Shown here: positions 20,016-33,800 of the stretch, piece by piece
Layout of the letters: every line of letters begins with the position of its first letter
How positions within the stretch are numbered: position 1 is the first letter of the stretch
NCBI GenBank assembly: GCA_965215005.1
Contig: CBDCCZ010000060.1
Span: forward strand, 32,001-96,000
Direction of reading: 5' to 3'
Length of the DNA: 64,000 bases
DNA from: Kofleriaceae bacterium
GTDB lineage: Bacteria > Myxococcota_A > Polyangia > Haliangiales > Haliangiaceae
Position numbers and translations under genes: made by a program
The notes under the pieces: generated by a model
Told to the model about the DNA's origin: nothing
The model's input: the letters and a program-made list of their open reading frames with translations, nothing else
Databases searched by the model: none

Positions 20016-20939
20016 ATGGCAGTGAGCTTGCTCTTGTTCTCGACCGCCGCGTACGAGTACCTGCGAGACGCTATGAGCGCAGTTGGCGGCTATGATGTTG
20101 GCGAAGTCGAGCGCTGCGTCTTCCCCGATGGGGAGCGTTATCAGCGTCTGCTCGGCGACTGCCTCGATCGTGACGTCGCCGTAGTCGGCGGAACCATCAC
20201 CGACGCCGATACGCTCGAGCTCTACGATTTAGCCTCGGCGATCGTTGGCTACGGCGCGGCGCGCCTCTCGGTGATCATTCCCTACTACGGCCACTCCACC
20301 ATGGAGCGGGCCGTTAAAATCGGCGAAATCAGCACGGCAAAGACGCGCGCGCGATTGCTGTCGGCCATTCCAGCAGCGGGCATGGGCAACCGCGTCTTCT
20401 TGCTCGATTTGCATGTCGCCTCGACAGCGCACTATTTCGAAGGCGCGGTGCGTCCAGTTCACGTCTACGGCAAACCAGTGATCTCTGCGGCGTTGCGACG
20501 CCTGGGCGGCACCGATTTCGTGCTTGCCTGTACCGATGCCGGGCGCGCAAAGTGGGTCGAGTCGCTGGCCAACGACCTCGAGGTAACTGCCGCGTTCGCC
20601 TACAAGCGGCGCATCAGCGGCGAGAAGACCGAGGTCTCAGGCGTGAGTGCGCATGTCAGCGGCCGGCGCGTGATCATCTACGACGACATGATCCGGACTG
20701 GCGGCTCACTCCTGGGAGCGGCGCGAGCGTATCGCGAAGCGGGCGCTGCCTCGATCGCCGCGGTGGCGACGCACGGCGTATTTCCCGGGCAGTCGCTGCA
20801 GCGATTGCAGGCGGCCAAGCTCTTCGAGACGATCGTCTGCACTGATAGTCATCCGCGAGCACAGTCGCTGGCCGGGGAGTTTCTCGTGGTCGATAGCATT
20901 GCAGCACTGCTCGTTGAACAACTGGAGCGTAACCGATGA
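20016..20939 (+). CDS. prs: Ribose-phosphate pyrophosphokinase family protein (divergent)
   Basis: FPDGE, IPYY, DLH, KRR and DDMIRTGGS (PRPP-binding loop), THG. Confidence 0.85.
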   Translation: MAVSLLLFSTAAYEYLRDAMSAVGGYDVGEVERCVFPDGERYQRLLGDCLDRDVAVVGGTITDADTLELYDLASAIVGYGAARLSVIIPYYGHSTMERAVKIGEISTAKTRARLLSAIPAAGMGNRVFLLDLHVASTAHYFEGAVRPVHVYGKPVISAALRRLGGTDFVLACTDAGRAKWVESLANDLEVTAAFAYKRRISGEKTEVSGVSAHVSGRRVIIYDDMIRTGGSLLGAARAYREAGAASIAAVATHGVFPGQSLQRLQAAKLFETIVCTDSHPRAQSLAGEFLVVDSIAALLVEQLERNR

Positions 20940-22933
20940 AGCTCATTAAAGTAGGCGCCGCGGTTCTCAATCAGACTCCGCTGAGCTGGCAGCAGAATCA
21001 ACGCAACATCGCAGCTGCCATTGCGGCGGCTCGGGCCGACGGTGTGAGCATCCTGTGTATGCCGGAGATGTGCATTACCGGTTACGGCTGCGAGGACGTG
21101 TTTCTATCACCGGGACTTCATCGCAGCGCCGCGCAGATGCTCTGCGAGCTCGCGCCGCTGACCGAGGGCATGGTGGTGTCGCTGGGCCTGCCCCTCTATC
21201 ACGAGAAAGCAGTCTACAATGCTGCTTGTCTCTTGATCGATGGAGCGGTGGCGGGATTTGTGTGCAAACGCTTTCTCGCCGGTGATGGTGTCCACTACGA
21301 GCCGCGATGGTTCAAACCGTGGCCGGCCGGCATGCAAGGCACCATCGACTTCAATGGCGCCGAGGTGCCAATTGGCGACTTGTACTTCAATGTTGGCGGC
21401 ATCGGGATCGGCTTTGAGATCTGCGAAGATGCGTGGGTTGCCAATCGCCCGGGTGCAGAGCTAGCGCTGCGCGGCGTCGACGTCATCTTGAATCCGAGCG
21501 CGAGCCATTTCGCCTTCGATAAGGTCGATATTCGCAAGCGCTTCTGCATCGAAGGATCGCGTGCCTTCGGCGTGGTGTACGTTTATGCGAATCTCTTGGG
21601 CAACGAGGCGGGCCGCATCATTTATGACGGCAGTGCGCTCATCGCCAGCGAAGGTCGACTCGCCGCCGTGGGGCCGCGGTGCTCCTACGCTGACTTTCTT
21701 CTGACCTCAGCGGTCGTGGACATCGAAGCCAACCGCATCGAACAATCCCGACGCGGCAGTCACACGCCGCATCACCAAGCCACGGAGCGGGTGCGGGTGC
21801 GCAAAGACTTCGACTATCCGGAGCTAGCGCCCCAGCGGGTCGAGCTGGCGCCGCTCGCGAGCTGGGAAACCAGCCCACATCGTGCTGAAGAAGAGTTTGC
21901 TCGCGCCGTGGCGTTGGCGCTGTTCGATTACCTGCGCAAGAGTCGAACGCAGGGGTTCGTGGTGTCGCTTAGCGGCGGCGCCGATTCGACCGCCACCGCT
22001 GCTCTAGTGGCTCTAGCGATAGAGCTGGCGGTGGCCGAGCTCGGGGTCGAGGGTGTCAAGAAACGGCTTTCTCACGTGCGCGGGATCGAGGGGGATGGTG
22101 ACGCTCGCAGCATCGTGCATCGCGTGCTGACCTGCGCGTATCAAGGCACGCGCAACAGCTCAGACACCACGCGCAACGCGGCGGCAGTGGTGGCCAAGGC
22201 GCTCGGCGCCGAGTATCACGAGCTCGAGGTCGATGCCCAGGTCGATGGTTACGTGAAAATGATCGAACGCGCGATAGGTCGTGAGCTGACGTGGGAGCAC
22301 GACGACGTGACGCTGCAAAACATCCAAGCACGGGTTCGCAGTCCGTCGATCTGGATGCTCGCCAATCTTCGCGGCGCGCTGCTGTTATCGACGAGCAATC
22401 GCTCGGAAGCGGCGGTGGGCTATGCCACCATGGATGGCGACACCAGCGGTGGCGTTTGCCCCGTCGGTGGCATCGACAAGGCGTTCTTGCGGCGCTGGTT
22501 GCGCTGGCTCGAGCGCGAAGGTCCTAGCGGTCATCATCCCGTTCCCGCGCTTGCGGCAGTGACGGCGCAGCAGCCGACCGCTGAGCTGAGACCGCGCGAG
22601 AGCGAGCAAACCGATGAGGGCGATCTCATGCCGTACGAGCTCCTCGATGCCATTGAAAACGCCGCGATTGGTGCCAAACACACGCCGCTCGAGGTGTATC
22701 GGGAGATGCGCGCCTTCTTCCCACAATACGAACCGCGGCAGCTCGGCGTATGGATCGAGCGGTTCTTCGTGTTGTGGTGTCGCAATCAGTGGAAACGCGA
22801 GCGTTATGCTCCGTCGTTCCACGTCGACGATAAGAACCTCGATCCCAAGACCTGGTGCCGCTTTCCGATCCTCTCGGGCGGGTTCGACCGCGAGCTCGCC
22901 GAGCTAAGGGCGCACGTCGCAAAGGAAGCGTGA
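20936..22933 (+). CDS. nadE: Glutamine-dependent NAD+ synthetase
   Basis: Nitrilase-fold domain (PEM...K...ICED, SAS) followed by [35 protein letters not shown] overlap with prs. Confidence 0.95.
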   Translation: MKLIKVGAAVLNQTPLSWQQNQRNIAAAIAAARADGVSILCMPEMCITGYGCEDVFLSPGLHRSAAQMLCELAPLTEGMVVSLGLPLYHEKAVYNAACLLIDGAVAGFVCKRFLAGDGVHYEPRWFKPWPAGMQGTIDFNGAEVPIGDLYFNVGGIGIGFEICEDAWVANRPGAELALRGVDVILNPSASHFAFDKVDIRKRFCIEGSRAFGVVYVYANLLGNEAGRIIYDGSALIASEGRLAAVGPRCSYADFLLTSAVVDIEANRIEQSRRGSHTPHHQATERVRVRKDFDYPELAPQRVELAPLASWETSPHRAEEEFARAVALALFDYLRKSRTQGFVVSLSGGADSTATAALVALAIELAVAELGVEGVKKRLSHVRGIEGDGDARSIVHRVLTCAYQGTRNSSDTTRNAAAVVAKALGAEYHELEVDAQVDGYVKMIERAIGRELTWEHDDVTLQNIQARVRSPSIWMLANLRGALLLSTSNRSEAAVGYATMDGDTSGGVCPVGGIDKAFLRRWLRWLEREGPSGHHPVPALAAVTAQQPTAELRPRESEQTDEGDLMPYELLDAIENAAIGAKHTPLEVYREMRAFFPQYEPRQLGVWIERFFVLWCRNQWKRERYAPSFHVDDKNLDPKTWCRFPILSGGFDRELAELRAHVAKEA

Positions 22934-22970
22934 AGCGGCTGCAGATGGCAAGGGCTCGTTGCCGGCACGA

Positions 22971-23606
22971 TTACTCGCGCGCAGGGCACTCTCCCACCGG
23001 CATCGGGAGCGCCTCGCCGATGGTTCCCGCCTCGATGGCGATCGCGCCAAACGTCGATCCCTCGAGCGTCATTCCGGTTCTAATTTCCATGCCGGTCAGG
23101 CGGCCACAGAAGAGCATTCCGCTGCGAATCTCGGCCCGCAGCTCTGCGTCCGCGGCCTCGAGCTCTAGCCCCGGAGCAATCGTATCCGCGGCTCCCGGAA
23201 TGACCTGGTCGAAAGGCACGATGAACTCGCCGCTCGCGTTGATGGGCAGATCGGTCACCGTGATCGACGGGCCGGCACCGATCAGCTGGCCGTCGGCGAC
23301 GGCAACCGGTTGCGATGTCAGCCGGGTCACCAGCCCGCCGCCGGGCATGACCGTGGCCTCAACGTTGACGATGAACCGAATCAGTTTTCCTTCATCGACC
23401 GGCTTTGGATCCACCGCCAGCAGATACTGGCCGCTGATGTCGGGGATGTCGTCGAGAACGGGTGCGTCGATCAGATCCGAGGGGCCCGCGTCGACCACGC
23501 GGTTTCCAAAGTTCGTCAGCTCCGCCTTAGGATCGACGCAGCCGACCGAAGACAGCGCGAGCAGTGGCACGATAGCGACCAAGGGGTTTGACAAACGATT
23601 CAGCAT
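22971..23606 (-). CDS. Hypothetical lipoprotein
   Basis: Lipobox-like LSSVG-C, beta-rich body, two further Cys; divergent from the fadL-like gene. Confidence 0.7.
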   Translation of the reverse strand: MLNRLSNPLVAIVPLLALSSVGCVDPKAELTNFGNRVVDAGPSDLIDAPVLDDIPDISGQYLLAVDPKPVDEGKLIRFIVNVEATVMPGGGLVTRLTSQPVAVADGQLIGAGPSITVTDLPINASGEFIVPFDQVIPGAADTIAPGLELEAADAELRAEIRSGMLFCGRLTGMEIRTGMTLEGSTFGAIAIEAGTIGEALPMPVGECPARE

Positions 23607-23676
23607 AGATTGAAAGTTACAGCCTACTTTGGCGCTGTGGGTCAAGGTAGATGTACCTGGCTCCAGAAAGGTTTGC

Positions 23677-25116
23677 ATGCAGTTCTTACGATACGTGGCT
23701 TTCCCCATCACGCTGCTTGCAGTCTCACCTCTCGCCGTTGCCGGAGGATTTACGACCGCGCGCTTCGGTGCCGAAGATGGCCACGCCGCCACCGATCATC
23801 CTACATCGATTTACTACAATCCCGCGGGGTTGGCGCTCTCCCACGGCACCCACGTCTATCTCGAGGGGCTGCTAGCCTATCGCTCTGCCGAATATCAGCG
23901 CCCGGTCGAGGCCATCGACAACCTGCGTCAAGGCCCCACGGGCGCGGGAACGCCGGAGGCGGCCGTGACCGCCAACTCGGGTAAGGCGCGCCTGCAGAAT
24001 GTCTTGGCGTCGCCATTTTTCGCGGTGACCAGCGATCTTGGCGTCGAGCACCTCGGCGTCGGCTTCGGAGTCTACGTCCCCTTCGGTGGCCAGGCGAGCT
24101 GGGACGAGAACGATGAGTATCGCGGCAGCGAAGCCTTCCCTGGTGCTGTTTCCGGCGTGCAGCGTTGGTCGGTGATCGAGGGGTCGCAACGGGCCCTCTA
24201 CGTCACCCTCGCCGGCAGCTACGAGATTCCTGGCAGCGGCGTTTCCATCGGCGCGGGTCTCAATCTCGTTCGGCAGGAAATCGAGTCCATCCGCGCTCGC
24301 ACGGGGTCGGCTACCGATGACTTGGTTACCGCGGTGGGCTCGGTTGCCGAAGGGCGCAGTCTGCTCGACGTCGCGGACACCACGTTGGCCGCTTCGATAG
24401 GCGTGATTTACCAGCCGCTGCCCGTACTTCGCTTCGGCCTCTCCTATCAGAGCCAGCCCGGCTTCGGCAAGACCACGCTAGAGGGCACGCTCACCAATCG
24501 CTTCGGTACCGCGGGGCCGCAGCCTCTCGATGTCGAGCTCGAACAAAGCTTGCCCGACATCGCGCGGTTCGCGGCCACCTGGCGGCCCATTCCAGCCGCC
24601 GAGGTGCGTCTTGCTGGCGATTATCAGCGCTGGAGCACTTACGAGCGGCAGTGCATCTTGGACCGCACCATGCCCGACCGCGCCTGTGAGCTCACCGCCA
24701 CCGGTGGTCTCGATGAAGAAGCCGGTGGCGCGAGCGTACTGGTGTCGCTGCCGCGCGACTGGCACGACACGTTCGGCGTCCGTCTGGGCGGCTCATACTG
24801 GGTCGTGCCGGCGGTGGAGCTGTTCGGCAGCGCTTCGTTCGACTCCAACGCGGTTCCCGACGAGACTCTCGAGCCCGCGCTCATCGACTCGAACAAGGGC
24901 ATCTTTCAAGGCGGCGCCACCTTCCGCGTAAGCCGCATGGTGTCGCTCAAAGCGGCGTTGGCGTACGTGTTATACGCCGATCGCGAGACCTCTCCGCGGC
25001 CCCGTGGCGAAGATGGGGAGCCGCTGATCGAGCGACCGAGCCGCAATCCAGACGGCGCCGGTCGCTACGAGCAATCGCTGTTCTTTCTGACTCTCGGCGC
25101 GATGGCCTCGTTCTAG
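23677..25116 (+). CDS. OmpP1/FadL-family outer-membrane transporter
   Basis: Signal peptide, GGF start, IYYNPAGL motif, beta-strand periodicity, C-terminal Phe. Confidence 0.88.
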   Translation: MQFLRYVAFPITLLAVSPLAVAGGFTTARFGAEDGHAATDHPTSIYYNPAGLALSHGTHVYLEGLLAYRSAEYQRPVEAIDNLRQGPTGAGTPEAAVTANSGKARLQNVLASPFFAVTSDLGVEHLGVGFGVYVPFGGQASWDENDEYRGSEAFPGAVSGVQRWSVIEGSQRALYVTLAGSYEIPGSGVSIGAGLNLVRQEIESIRARTGSATDDLVTAVGSVAEGRSLLDVADTTLAASIGVIYQPLPVLRFGLSYQSQPGFGKTTLEGTLTNRFGTAGPQPLDVELEQSLPDIARFAATWRPIPAAEVRLAGDYQRWSTYERQCILDRTMPDRACELTATGGLDEEAGGASVLVSLPRDWHDTFGVRLGGSYWVVPAVELFGSASFDSNAVPDETLEPALIDSNKGIFQGGATFRVSRMVSLKAALAYVLYADRETSPRPRGEDGEPLIERPSRNPDGAGRYEQSLFFLTLGAMASF

Positions 25117-25427
25117 CGTCGGCCCGAATTTCGGCCGCGGCCGAGCAATCCGCGCGCGGCGCGGCGCGCTAGCGAAGGCGCGGCAAAGAGTGCCTTCGCT
25201 AGCGACAGCGCCAGCTGCACGGGACTGTCGCCGCGAGCCTCGATAGCCACACTCTGTCCCGAGCCCACGTCTTCCATCGCTCCGCGCGCCACGGTTCGAC
25301 TGCCATCCGAGCGGATTTCGACGACCAATCGCGCAACCACCGGCGGCTCATTTTCCAGCTCGGTGCCCGCATCGATCGCCACGGGCGCCCCGGGTTTGGC
25401 GGCGGGTGAATGGTCGTCGTCACGCAC
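25113..25427 (-). CDS. Hypothetical protein
   Basis: Plausible core ARLVVEIRSDGSRTVARGAMED; TATTCT box 9 nt before GTG. Confidence 0.6.
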   Translation of the reverse strand: MRDDDHSPAAKPGAPVAIDAGTELENEPPVVARLVVEIRSDGSRTVARGAMEDVGSGQSVAIEARGDSPVQLALSLAKALFAAPSLARRAARGLLGRGRNSGRR

Positions 25428-25456
25428 GGAGGCTACAGAATAGTACACTCGCGGCG

Positions 25457-26011
25457 ATGAAGCTTCGTGATCTGGCTCTCACTGTGTTCGCGCTCGCTGC
25501 CGCCGCGGCGTGCGGCGGGAATCAAAGCGCTCCACCCATGGCTCCAGCGGCGTGTCCCGAGCCCATCGAGCGTGAATGTCCCGCCTGTCCGACCTGCCCA
25601 GAGTGCCTCATGGAGAGTAGCGGCCTGGTCACGATTCCGAGTAGCAACGAGTTTGCGATCACCGTAAAGCGTCTGGAGAAGGCGATCCGCAGCAAAGGAA
25701 TGGTTCTTCTCGCCAAGGTCGACCACAAGGCGAACGCCAAGAAGGCCAAGCTCGAGCTCTTGCCCACCACGCTGCTGCTGTTCGGCAATCCGGCTGCCGG
25801 AACGCCACTCATGCAAGCACAGCGGTCGATAGCCATCGACTTGCCGCAAAAGATCCTCGTTTGGCAAGACGAGGCCGGCAAGGTGTTCTTGACCTACAAC
25901 GCCGTGGAGTATCTGCGGGCGCGACACGACCTCGAAAACCAGGATGATGTCCTGGGCAACGTCTCAGCGGCGCTCGAGGCCCTCGCCAACGAAGCTGCCA
26001 CCGCTAAGTAG
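25457..26011 (+). CDS. DUF302 domain lipoprotein
   Basis: AAAA-C lipobox, CP-repeat linker, VDH...[12 protein letters not shown]...[10 protein letters not shown]. Confidence 0.88.
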   Translation: MKLRDLALTVFALAAAAACGGNQSAPPMAPAACPEPIERECPACPTCPECLMESSGLVTIPSSNEFAITVKRLEKAIRSKGMVLLAKVDHKANAKKAKLELLPTTLLLFGNPAAGTPLMQAQRSIAIDLPQKILVWQDEAGKVFLTYNAVEYLRARHDLENQDDVLGNVSAALEALANEAATAK

Positions 26012-26017
26012 CGCCCG

Positions 26018-28231
<2,214 letters not shown>

Positions 28232-28265
28232 ACGTTCGCGGCAGCAACAGTGATATCTTGAAACG

Positions 28266-29768
28266 GTGGCTGGAAGGGATGAGGCCGAAATTCTGGCTCG
28301 AGCGCTCGCGCACGTCCCGGACAGCGTCGAGGTCACGGATGCCTCGGATCGCATTTGTTACGCCAACGCCGCCTTCGAGCGATTAACTGGCTTCGGCCGT
28401 CGTGAGTGGCTCGGCCGCGCGTCGGCGGAGCTACTCGTCGACCATGCGCCTGCGCAGCGAGAGGAGCTCGAGCGAACTACCGCCGCTGGAAGCGCGTGGT
28501 GCGGGCGCGTTACGAGCCGCATCAAGAACGGTGAAGAGCGCACGTTCGATACGGTGGTAACGCCGATCGTCGACGACTCTGGCGTCATGAGTCACCGCAT
28601 AGCCGTGCGCCGGGACGTCACCGAGAGCAACGCGCGGCAGCGGCAAGATCTGCTGGCTGATCGACTTCTGACCGTCGGCCAGCTTGCCGCCGGCGTTGCT
28701 CACGAGATCAACAACCCGCTGTCGTACGTAAGCGCCAACCTCGGCTATCTGCAGGAGCTCGTCACCGAGGCTCTCGCTCTGGCGACACCCGTGCTGCGTG
28801 AGGAGGTGTTGACCACCATTGCAGACATGCAACACGGTGCTGCTCGCATTTGCAACATCGTGCGAGAGCTGCAGACCTTCTCTACATCCACCGACCCTTA
28901 CCTTGGTCCGGTGGATGCGTCGGTCGTATTGCAGTCGACGCTCAAGCTCCTCGACAACGAGATTCGTCATCGTGCTCAGTTGCGCACGGAGATTGCCCCA
29001 TTACCAGTCGTCTGGGCCGAACGCGCCCGACTGAGCCAAGTGTTCTTGAATCTGCTTCTCAACGCGATCCAGTCGCTGCCCGAAGGTCACAGCGCCTGCC
29101 ACGAGATCGTCGCGCGGGCGGCGTCGGACGACGCTGTCCAACAAATCGTGGTGGAGATCAGCGACACCGGCAGCGGCATTGCCAGCGAAGACCTGCCGCG
29201 CATCTTCGACCCATTCTTCACCACTCGCCCGGTGGGGCAAGGCACGGGGCTTGGCCTCTCGGTGGCCCACAGCATCGTCACCAGCATGCGCGGCACCTTA
29301 GCGGTGAGCAGCCAGCGCGGGGCGGGCACGAGAGTGACGGTGCGCCTGCCACGGGCGCCAGTGCAGCCAGAAGCCCCAGCGAGTCGAGCCAGCGGCGACT
29401 CAGTGGTTCGCGGCGGTCAGATCCTGGCGATTGACGATGAGAGCGGCGTTCTCCGCGCGATCCAGCGCATCCTGCGTCACTATGACGTCGACGTGTGCGA
29501 GTCGTCGGTGGACGCGCTGGCCCTCCTCGAGGAGCGCAACTTCGATCTGATCTTCTGCGATCTGATGATGCCGCAGGTGACCGGGATGGAACTGTTTGCG
29601 GAAGTGGTTGCCTCGCGACCCGATCTGCGCGAGCGGTTCGTCTTCATCACCGGCGGAGCGTTCACCGAAGGCGCGGCTCAGTTCGTGAAAGAAGTGGGGC
29701 GCCCCACCGTCGAGAAGCCATTCGGGGTTCGTGAGCTACGGGCGCTCGTCGCTTCGATGCTCGGCTGA
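28266..29768 (+). CDS. Hybrid sensor histidine kinase (PAS-HisKA-HATPase-REC)
   Basis: YANAAFERLTG, HEINNPL, NLLLNA, DTGSGI, FFTT, GTGLGL, IDDE...DLMMP...KPF. Confidence 0.93.
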   Translation: MAGRDEAEILARALAHVPDSVEVTDASDRICYANAAFERLTGFGRREWLGRASAELLVDHAPAQREELERTTAAGSAWCGRVTSRIKNGEERTFDTVVTPIVDDSGVMSHRIAVRRDVTESNARQRQDLLADRLLTVGQLAAGVAHEINNPLSYVSANLGYLQELVTEALALATPVLREEVLTTIADMQHGAARICNIVRELQTFSTSTDPYLGPVDASVVLQSTLKLLDNEIRHRAQLRTEIAPLPVVWAERARLSQVFLNLLLNAIQSLPEGHSACHEIVARAASDDAVQQIVVEISDTGSGIASEDLPRIFDPFFTTRPVGQGTGLGLSVAHSIVTSMRGTLAVSSQRGAGTRVTVRLPRAPVQPEAPASRASGDSVVRGGQILAIDDESGVLRAIQRILRHYDVDVCESSVDALALLEERNFDLIFCDLMMPQVTGMELFAEVVASRPDLRERFVFITGGAFTEGAAQFVKEVGRPTVEKPFGVRELRALVASMLG

Positions 29769-29867
29769 GCGCACCTCCCGCCGCCTCGCCCTCATCGATC
29801 GCGTCACCAGCCGTCACTCGTCGACTTGAACGTCGTCACGGCGAGAAGCTATTGGCTCCGCAATGAT

Positions 29868-30031
29868 GCGGCAAATTGTCGCGAGCTCGAGCCTGGATGC
29901 ATCGGTTGGCGACTCGCCGCGCGATGGGCTATTCCGCGGCAGCTGCGGCGAATTGTCGCGTAAAGGGCCACCGACTCGTGAGATTTCCAGTAGCTGCTGC
30001 GCATAGGGATCTCGCTGCGACCGAATGCCAC
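29868..30031. promoter_or_regulatory. Three RegA/RegR-type boxes upstream of the ACIII operon
   Basis: GCGGC-AAATT-GTCGC (29868-29882), GCGGC-GAATT-GTCGC (29945-29959), GCGAC-CGAAT-GCCAC (30017-30031). Confidence 0.65.
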
Positions 30032-30201
30032 GCGCCATCGGGAAGCAATTTCGCATCAATAGGGCCGTTGACGGCGATGCAGCCCACCTCTCAAAACGGT
30101 GACTTCCCCCTTGCAGACTCAGCTCCCGATGTGGTGAGTCATGAGCGCTTTTTCGCGTCCTCGCGTGGCGAGGGTTGGTCGAACTGAAAGCGGACTGGAA
30201 C

Positions 30202-30867
30202 ATGGCCCGTTTCGTATTTCCCGAATGGACTGAGACCCTCAAGAAGTGGGTCGGGTTGCTGGTGCTCGGAGCGCCGGTGTATCTGGTGGCCCTCGTTGCA
30301 TACGGCGTCACGCCGGAAGCGTTACGAATCGGCTACGCCCCTGAGCAGCCGGTTCCCTATAGCCACGCGCTGCACGTCGGCGAGCTCGGCATGGATTGCC
30401 TCTACTGCCACAACACCGTGGATCAGTCGGCGCATGCAGCCGTGCCCCCGGCGGAGACCTGCATGAACTGCCACGCGCGGATTCATGCAGAGAGCCCGAG
30501 CCTGCAGCCGGTGCGGGATGCCTTCGTCAAGGACGAGCCACTCAAGTGGGTGCGCGTCCACGACACGCCCGACTACGTGTATTTCAACCACAGCGCGCAC
30601 GTGATGCGCGGCGTCGGCTGCGAGTCCTGCCACGGCCGCATCGACCAGATGGAAGTCGTCTTCCAGGCCAAGCCCTTGACCATGCAGTGGTGCCTCGACT
30701 GCCACAACGCGCCCGAAGACTATCTTCGTGAGCCCAGCGAGGTCACCGTCATGGGACTGAGCGAAAAGCTCGGGTTATCGAGCGAAGAGCAGCGCAAGCG
30801 TGGCCTCCAGCTTCGCGCGGCCTACAACATCAATCCTCCAAGGGACTGCTCGACATGTCATCGCTAG
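30202..30867 (+). CDS. actA: Alternative complex III pentaheme cytochrome c subunit
   Basis: One TM, QPVPYSH, five CxxCH motifs, YFNHSAH, LTMQWC. Confidence 0.93.
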   Translation: MARFVFPEWTETLKKWVGLLVLGAPVYLVALVAYGVTPEALRIGYAPEQPVPYSHALHVGELGMDCLYCHNTVDQSAHAAVPPAETCMNCHARIHAESPSLQPVRDAFVKDEPLKWVRVHDTPDYVYFNHSAHVMRGVGCESCHGRIDQMEVVFQAKPLTMQWCLDCHNAPEDYLREPSEVTVMGLSEKLGLSSEEQRKRGLQLRAAYNINPPRDCSTCHR

Positions 30868-33800
30868 ACAAAAAGACCCAAGACGTCGGGTTCTGGCGCA
30901 GCCTCGACGAGCTCGAGCGCGACGCGGCAGTCGACGAGCTCGTGGTTCGTGAGTTCCCCGAAAACGCGGATGAGCTCACCGATCCGGTGTCGCGCCGCGG
31001 CTTTCTTCAGGTCATGGGCGCCTCCATGGCGTTTGCCAGCGTCACCGGTTGTCGTCGCTGGGAGCGAGAAGAAATCGTTCCCCTGGGCCGACGCCCCGAG
31101 GACTACGTTCCTGGCGAGCCGCGGCACTACGCTTCCGCCATCGACCTCAGCGGCTGGGCGCACGCCATCACGGTGAGCACGTTCGATGGCCGTCCGGTCA
31201 AGGTCGAGGGCAATCCGGATCATCCCTTCTCGACCGGCGCTTCGACCACGTTTGCACAGGGCAGCCTGCTCAACCTCTACGACCCGGACCGCTCGGCGCA
31301 GGTGCAGCGCGCACGGGGCGCCGGCACCTTCGAAGATTTCGAGATCGAGATGGGGCGCCTCATGGAGGCGACGCGTGGCAAAGGTGGCGGTGGATTGGCC
31401 ATCCTCACCGACGGCTCCACCTCGCCCACCATGTTCTATCTGCTCAGCAACGTGCTCGGGCAGGTGATGCCGCAGGCGCGTTGGTACGACTGGACCCCGC
31501 TCAACCTCGACAACATCCACCAGGGCACCAAGCAGGCTTACGGCCGGGCGCTGCGGCCGATTGCCAAGCTCGACCAGGCCAACATCATCGTCGCGCTCGA
31601 CGTGGATCTGTTCAAGGATCATCCGGCGGCACTTCGTTACGCTGCCGACTTCGCCAAGCGTCGCAATCCAGACGATGGCGAGATGAATCGGCTCTACGCT
31701 ATCGAGAGCACGTTCACGACCTCCGGCGTGCTCGCAGATCATCGACTACCACTGCGCGCCGACCTGATGCTGCCGCTGCTGATGGCAGTCGATGCCAAGC
31801 TCGGTGGTGGTGCCGCGCCGGCATCGGCGTTCTTGCGCGACCCAGACATCGCGCTGTTCGTCGACGCGATGGCCGAAGACCTGGCGGAAAATCGCGGTCG
31901 CGCGGTGCTCGTGGCCGGTATCGGACAGCCGCCGGCGGTTCACGCCTTGGTCGCCAAGATCAATCACACGCTGGGAGCGCCGGGCGCCACGCTCACCTAC
32001 GTCGCTGATATCGACGAAGGTCGGCCCACGCGCCTCGAGCAGATCCAACAGCTCACCGCAGAGATGGCAGCGGGCCGAGTAGAGACCCTGCTGATTCTCG
32101 GCGGCAATCCGGCGTACGACGCTCCTGCCGATCTCGACTTTGGCGCCGCCATGGGCAAGGTGAAGACGTCCATTCACCTGAGCCAGTATCTCGACGAGAC
32201 CTCGACGCTTGCGAGCTGGCACGTGCCGCAGGCGCACTATCTCGAGAGCTGGGGCGACGCGCTCACCTACGACGGCACGTACACTCTCATTCAGCCGATT
32301 CTTGAGCCCATCTGGAACGGCAAGAGCGCCATCGAGCTCATCGCTCTGATGCTCGGTCGTGAGTATGTCAACCCCGACACGATCGTGCGGTCGACGATGC
32401 AGCTCGCGAGCGGCAAGGGCGATGACGCTTCTTGGCGCAAGGCGCTTCACGATGGCTTCGTGCCCGGGCAGGTGTTGCCGGAAATCAATGCCCTGCCGGC
32501 GCCGCAGGTACGCCCGGCGCAGCTGACACCGAGTCAGCTCGGCGGCATCAAGGCGCCTGAAGGAACGCTCGAGGTGGTCTTCACCCCCTCAGCGCACACC
32601 TGGGACGGACGCTTTGCTAACAACGCGTGGCTGCAGGAGACGCCAGACTTCGTCACCAAGCTCACGTGGGACAACGCCGCGTTGATCAATCCGCGCACCG
32701 CGGAAGAGCTGGGCATCGAGAACGACACGCTCATCAAGGTTCGCGTCAACGACCGCGACCTCACCGTGGTGGCGTACACCTTGCCCGGCCAGGCGCTGTC
32801 ATCCATTGCGATTGCTGTGGGTCATGGGCGAACGCACGCTGGGCGGGTTGGCGGTTTCCTCGCCGCGAAGGTCGAGCCAAAGGGCTTTGACACCTACTCG
32901 ATCCGAACATCGAATGCGCTGTGGAACGCAAGCGGCGCCACTGTCACGCCTACCGGCAAGTCGTACGGCTACGCAACCACGCAGGAGCATTGGGATTACC
33001 GCGACGCGCTTGGACGCAAAGGCATCGATCAACGGCTCGATCAGCTCGTACGCGCCGGAAGCCTGCTGGCCTATACAGCAAACCCCAACTTCGCGCGCGA
33101 GAAGGTCCACGTTCCCGTGTATGGCGGTCACGTAGAGGGCCACGGCGCCGACGATGGCGCTGTGATTCCGCAGCTCTGGCAGCAGCACGGGTACGAAGGG
33201 CACAAATGGGGAATGGCGACCGACCTCACCAAGTGCACCGGTTGCAATGCATGCGTCGTAGCGTGCCAGGCCGAGAACAATGTTCCGGTCGTAGGCAAGC
33301 GCGAGGTCAAGCGATCGCGTGAGATGCACTGGCTGCGCATCGATCGCTATTTCAGAGGCGATGTCCTCAACCCTGAGATCGCGCATCAGCCATTACTCTG
33401 CCAGCAGTGCGAAAATGCCCCATGCGAGCAGGTGTGCCCGGTCGGCGCCACGGTTCACTCGCACGAGGGTCTAAATGACATGGCGTACAACCGTTGTGTT
33501 GGTACCCGCTATTGTCTAAATAACTGCCCTTACAAGGTTCGCCGCTTCAACTTCTTGGACTGGCACAAAGACCTCGATGACTCGCGCAGTAAGCTGAAGA
33601 AGCTGGTTTTCAACCCGGAAGTCACCGTTCGTAGCCGCGGCGTCATGGAAAAATGTACTTGGTGCGTGCAGCGCATCCAGACTGCAAAGATCCTGGCCAA
33701 GAACGACCGTCGGCCGCTTATCGACGGCGAGATTCAGACCGCTTGCCAGCAAGCGTGTCCTACCACCGCCATCGTGTTCGGCGATCTCAACGACCCGAAG

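Noticed and set aside
20016..22933. NARP1-type NAD reconstitution system
   Set aside because: The partner is NadE, not a Nampt-like transferase, and there is no phage context; kept only as a divergent-Prs note.
29814..30311. 165-aa minus-strand ORF upstream of actA
   Set aside because: No recognisable motifs; overlaps actA and the regulatory boxes; probably a shadow ORF.
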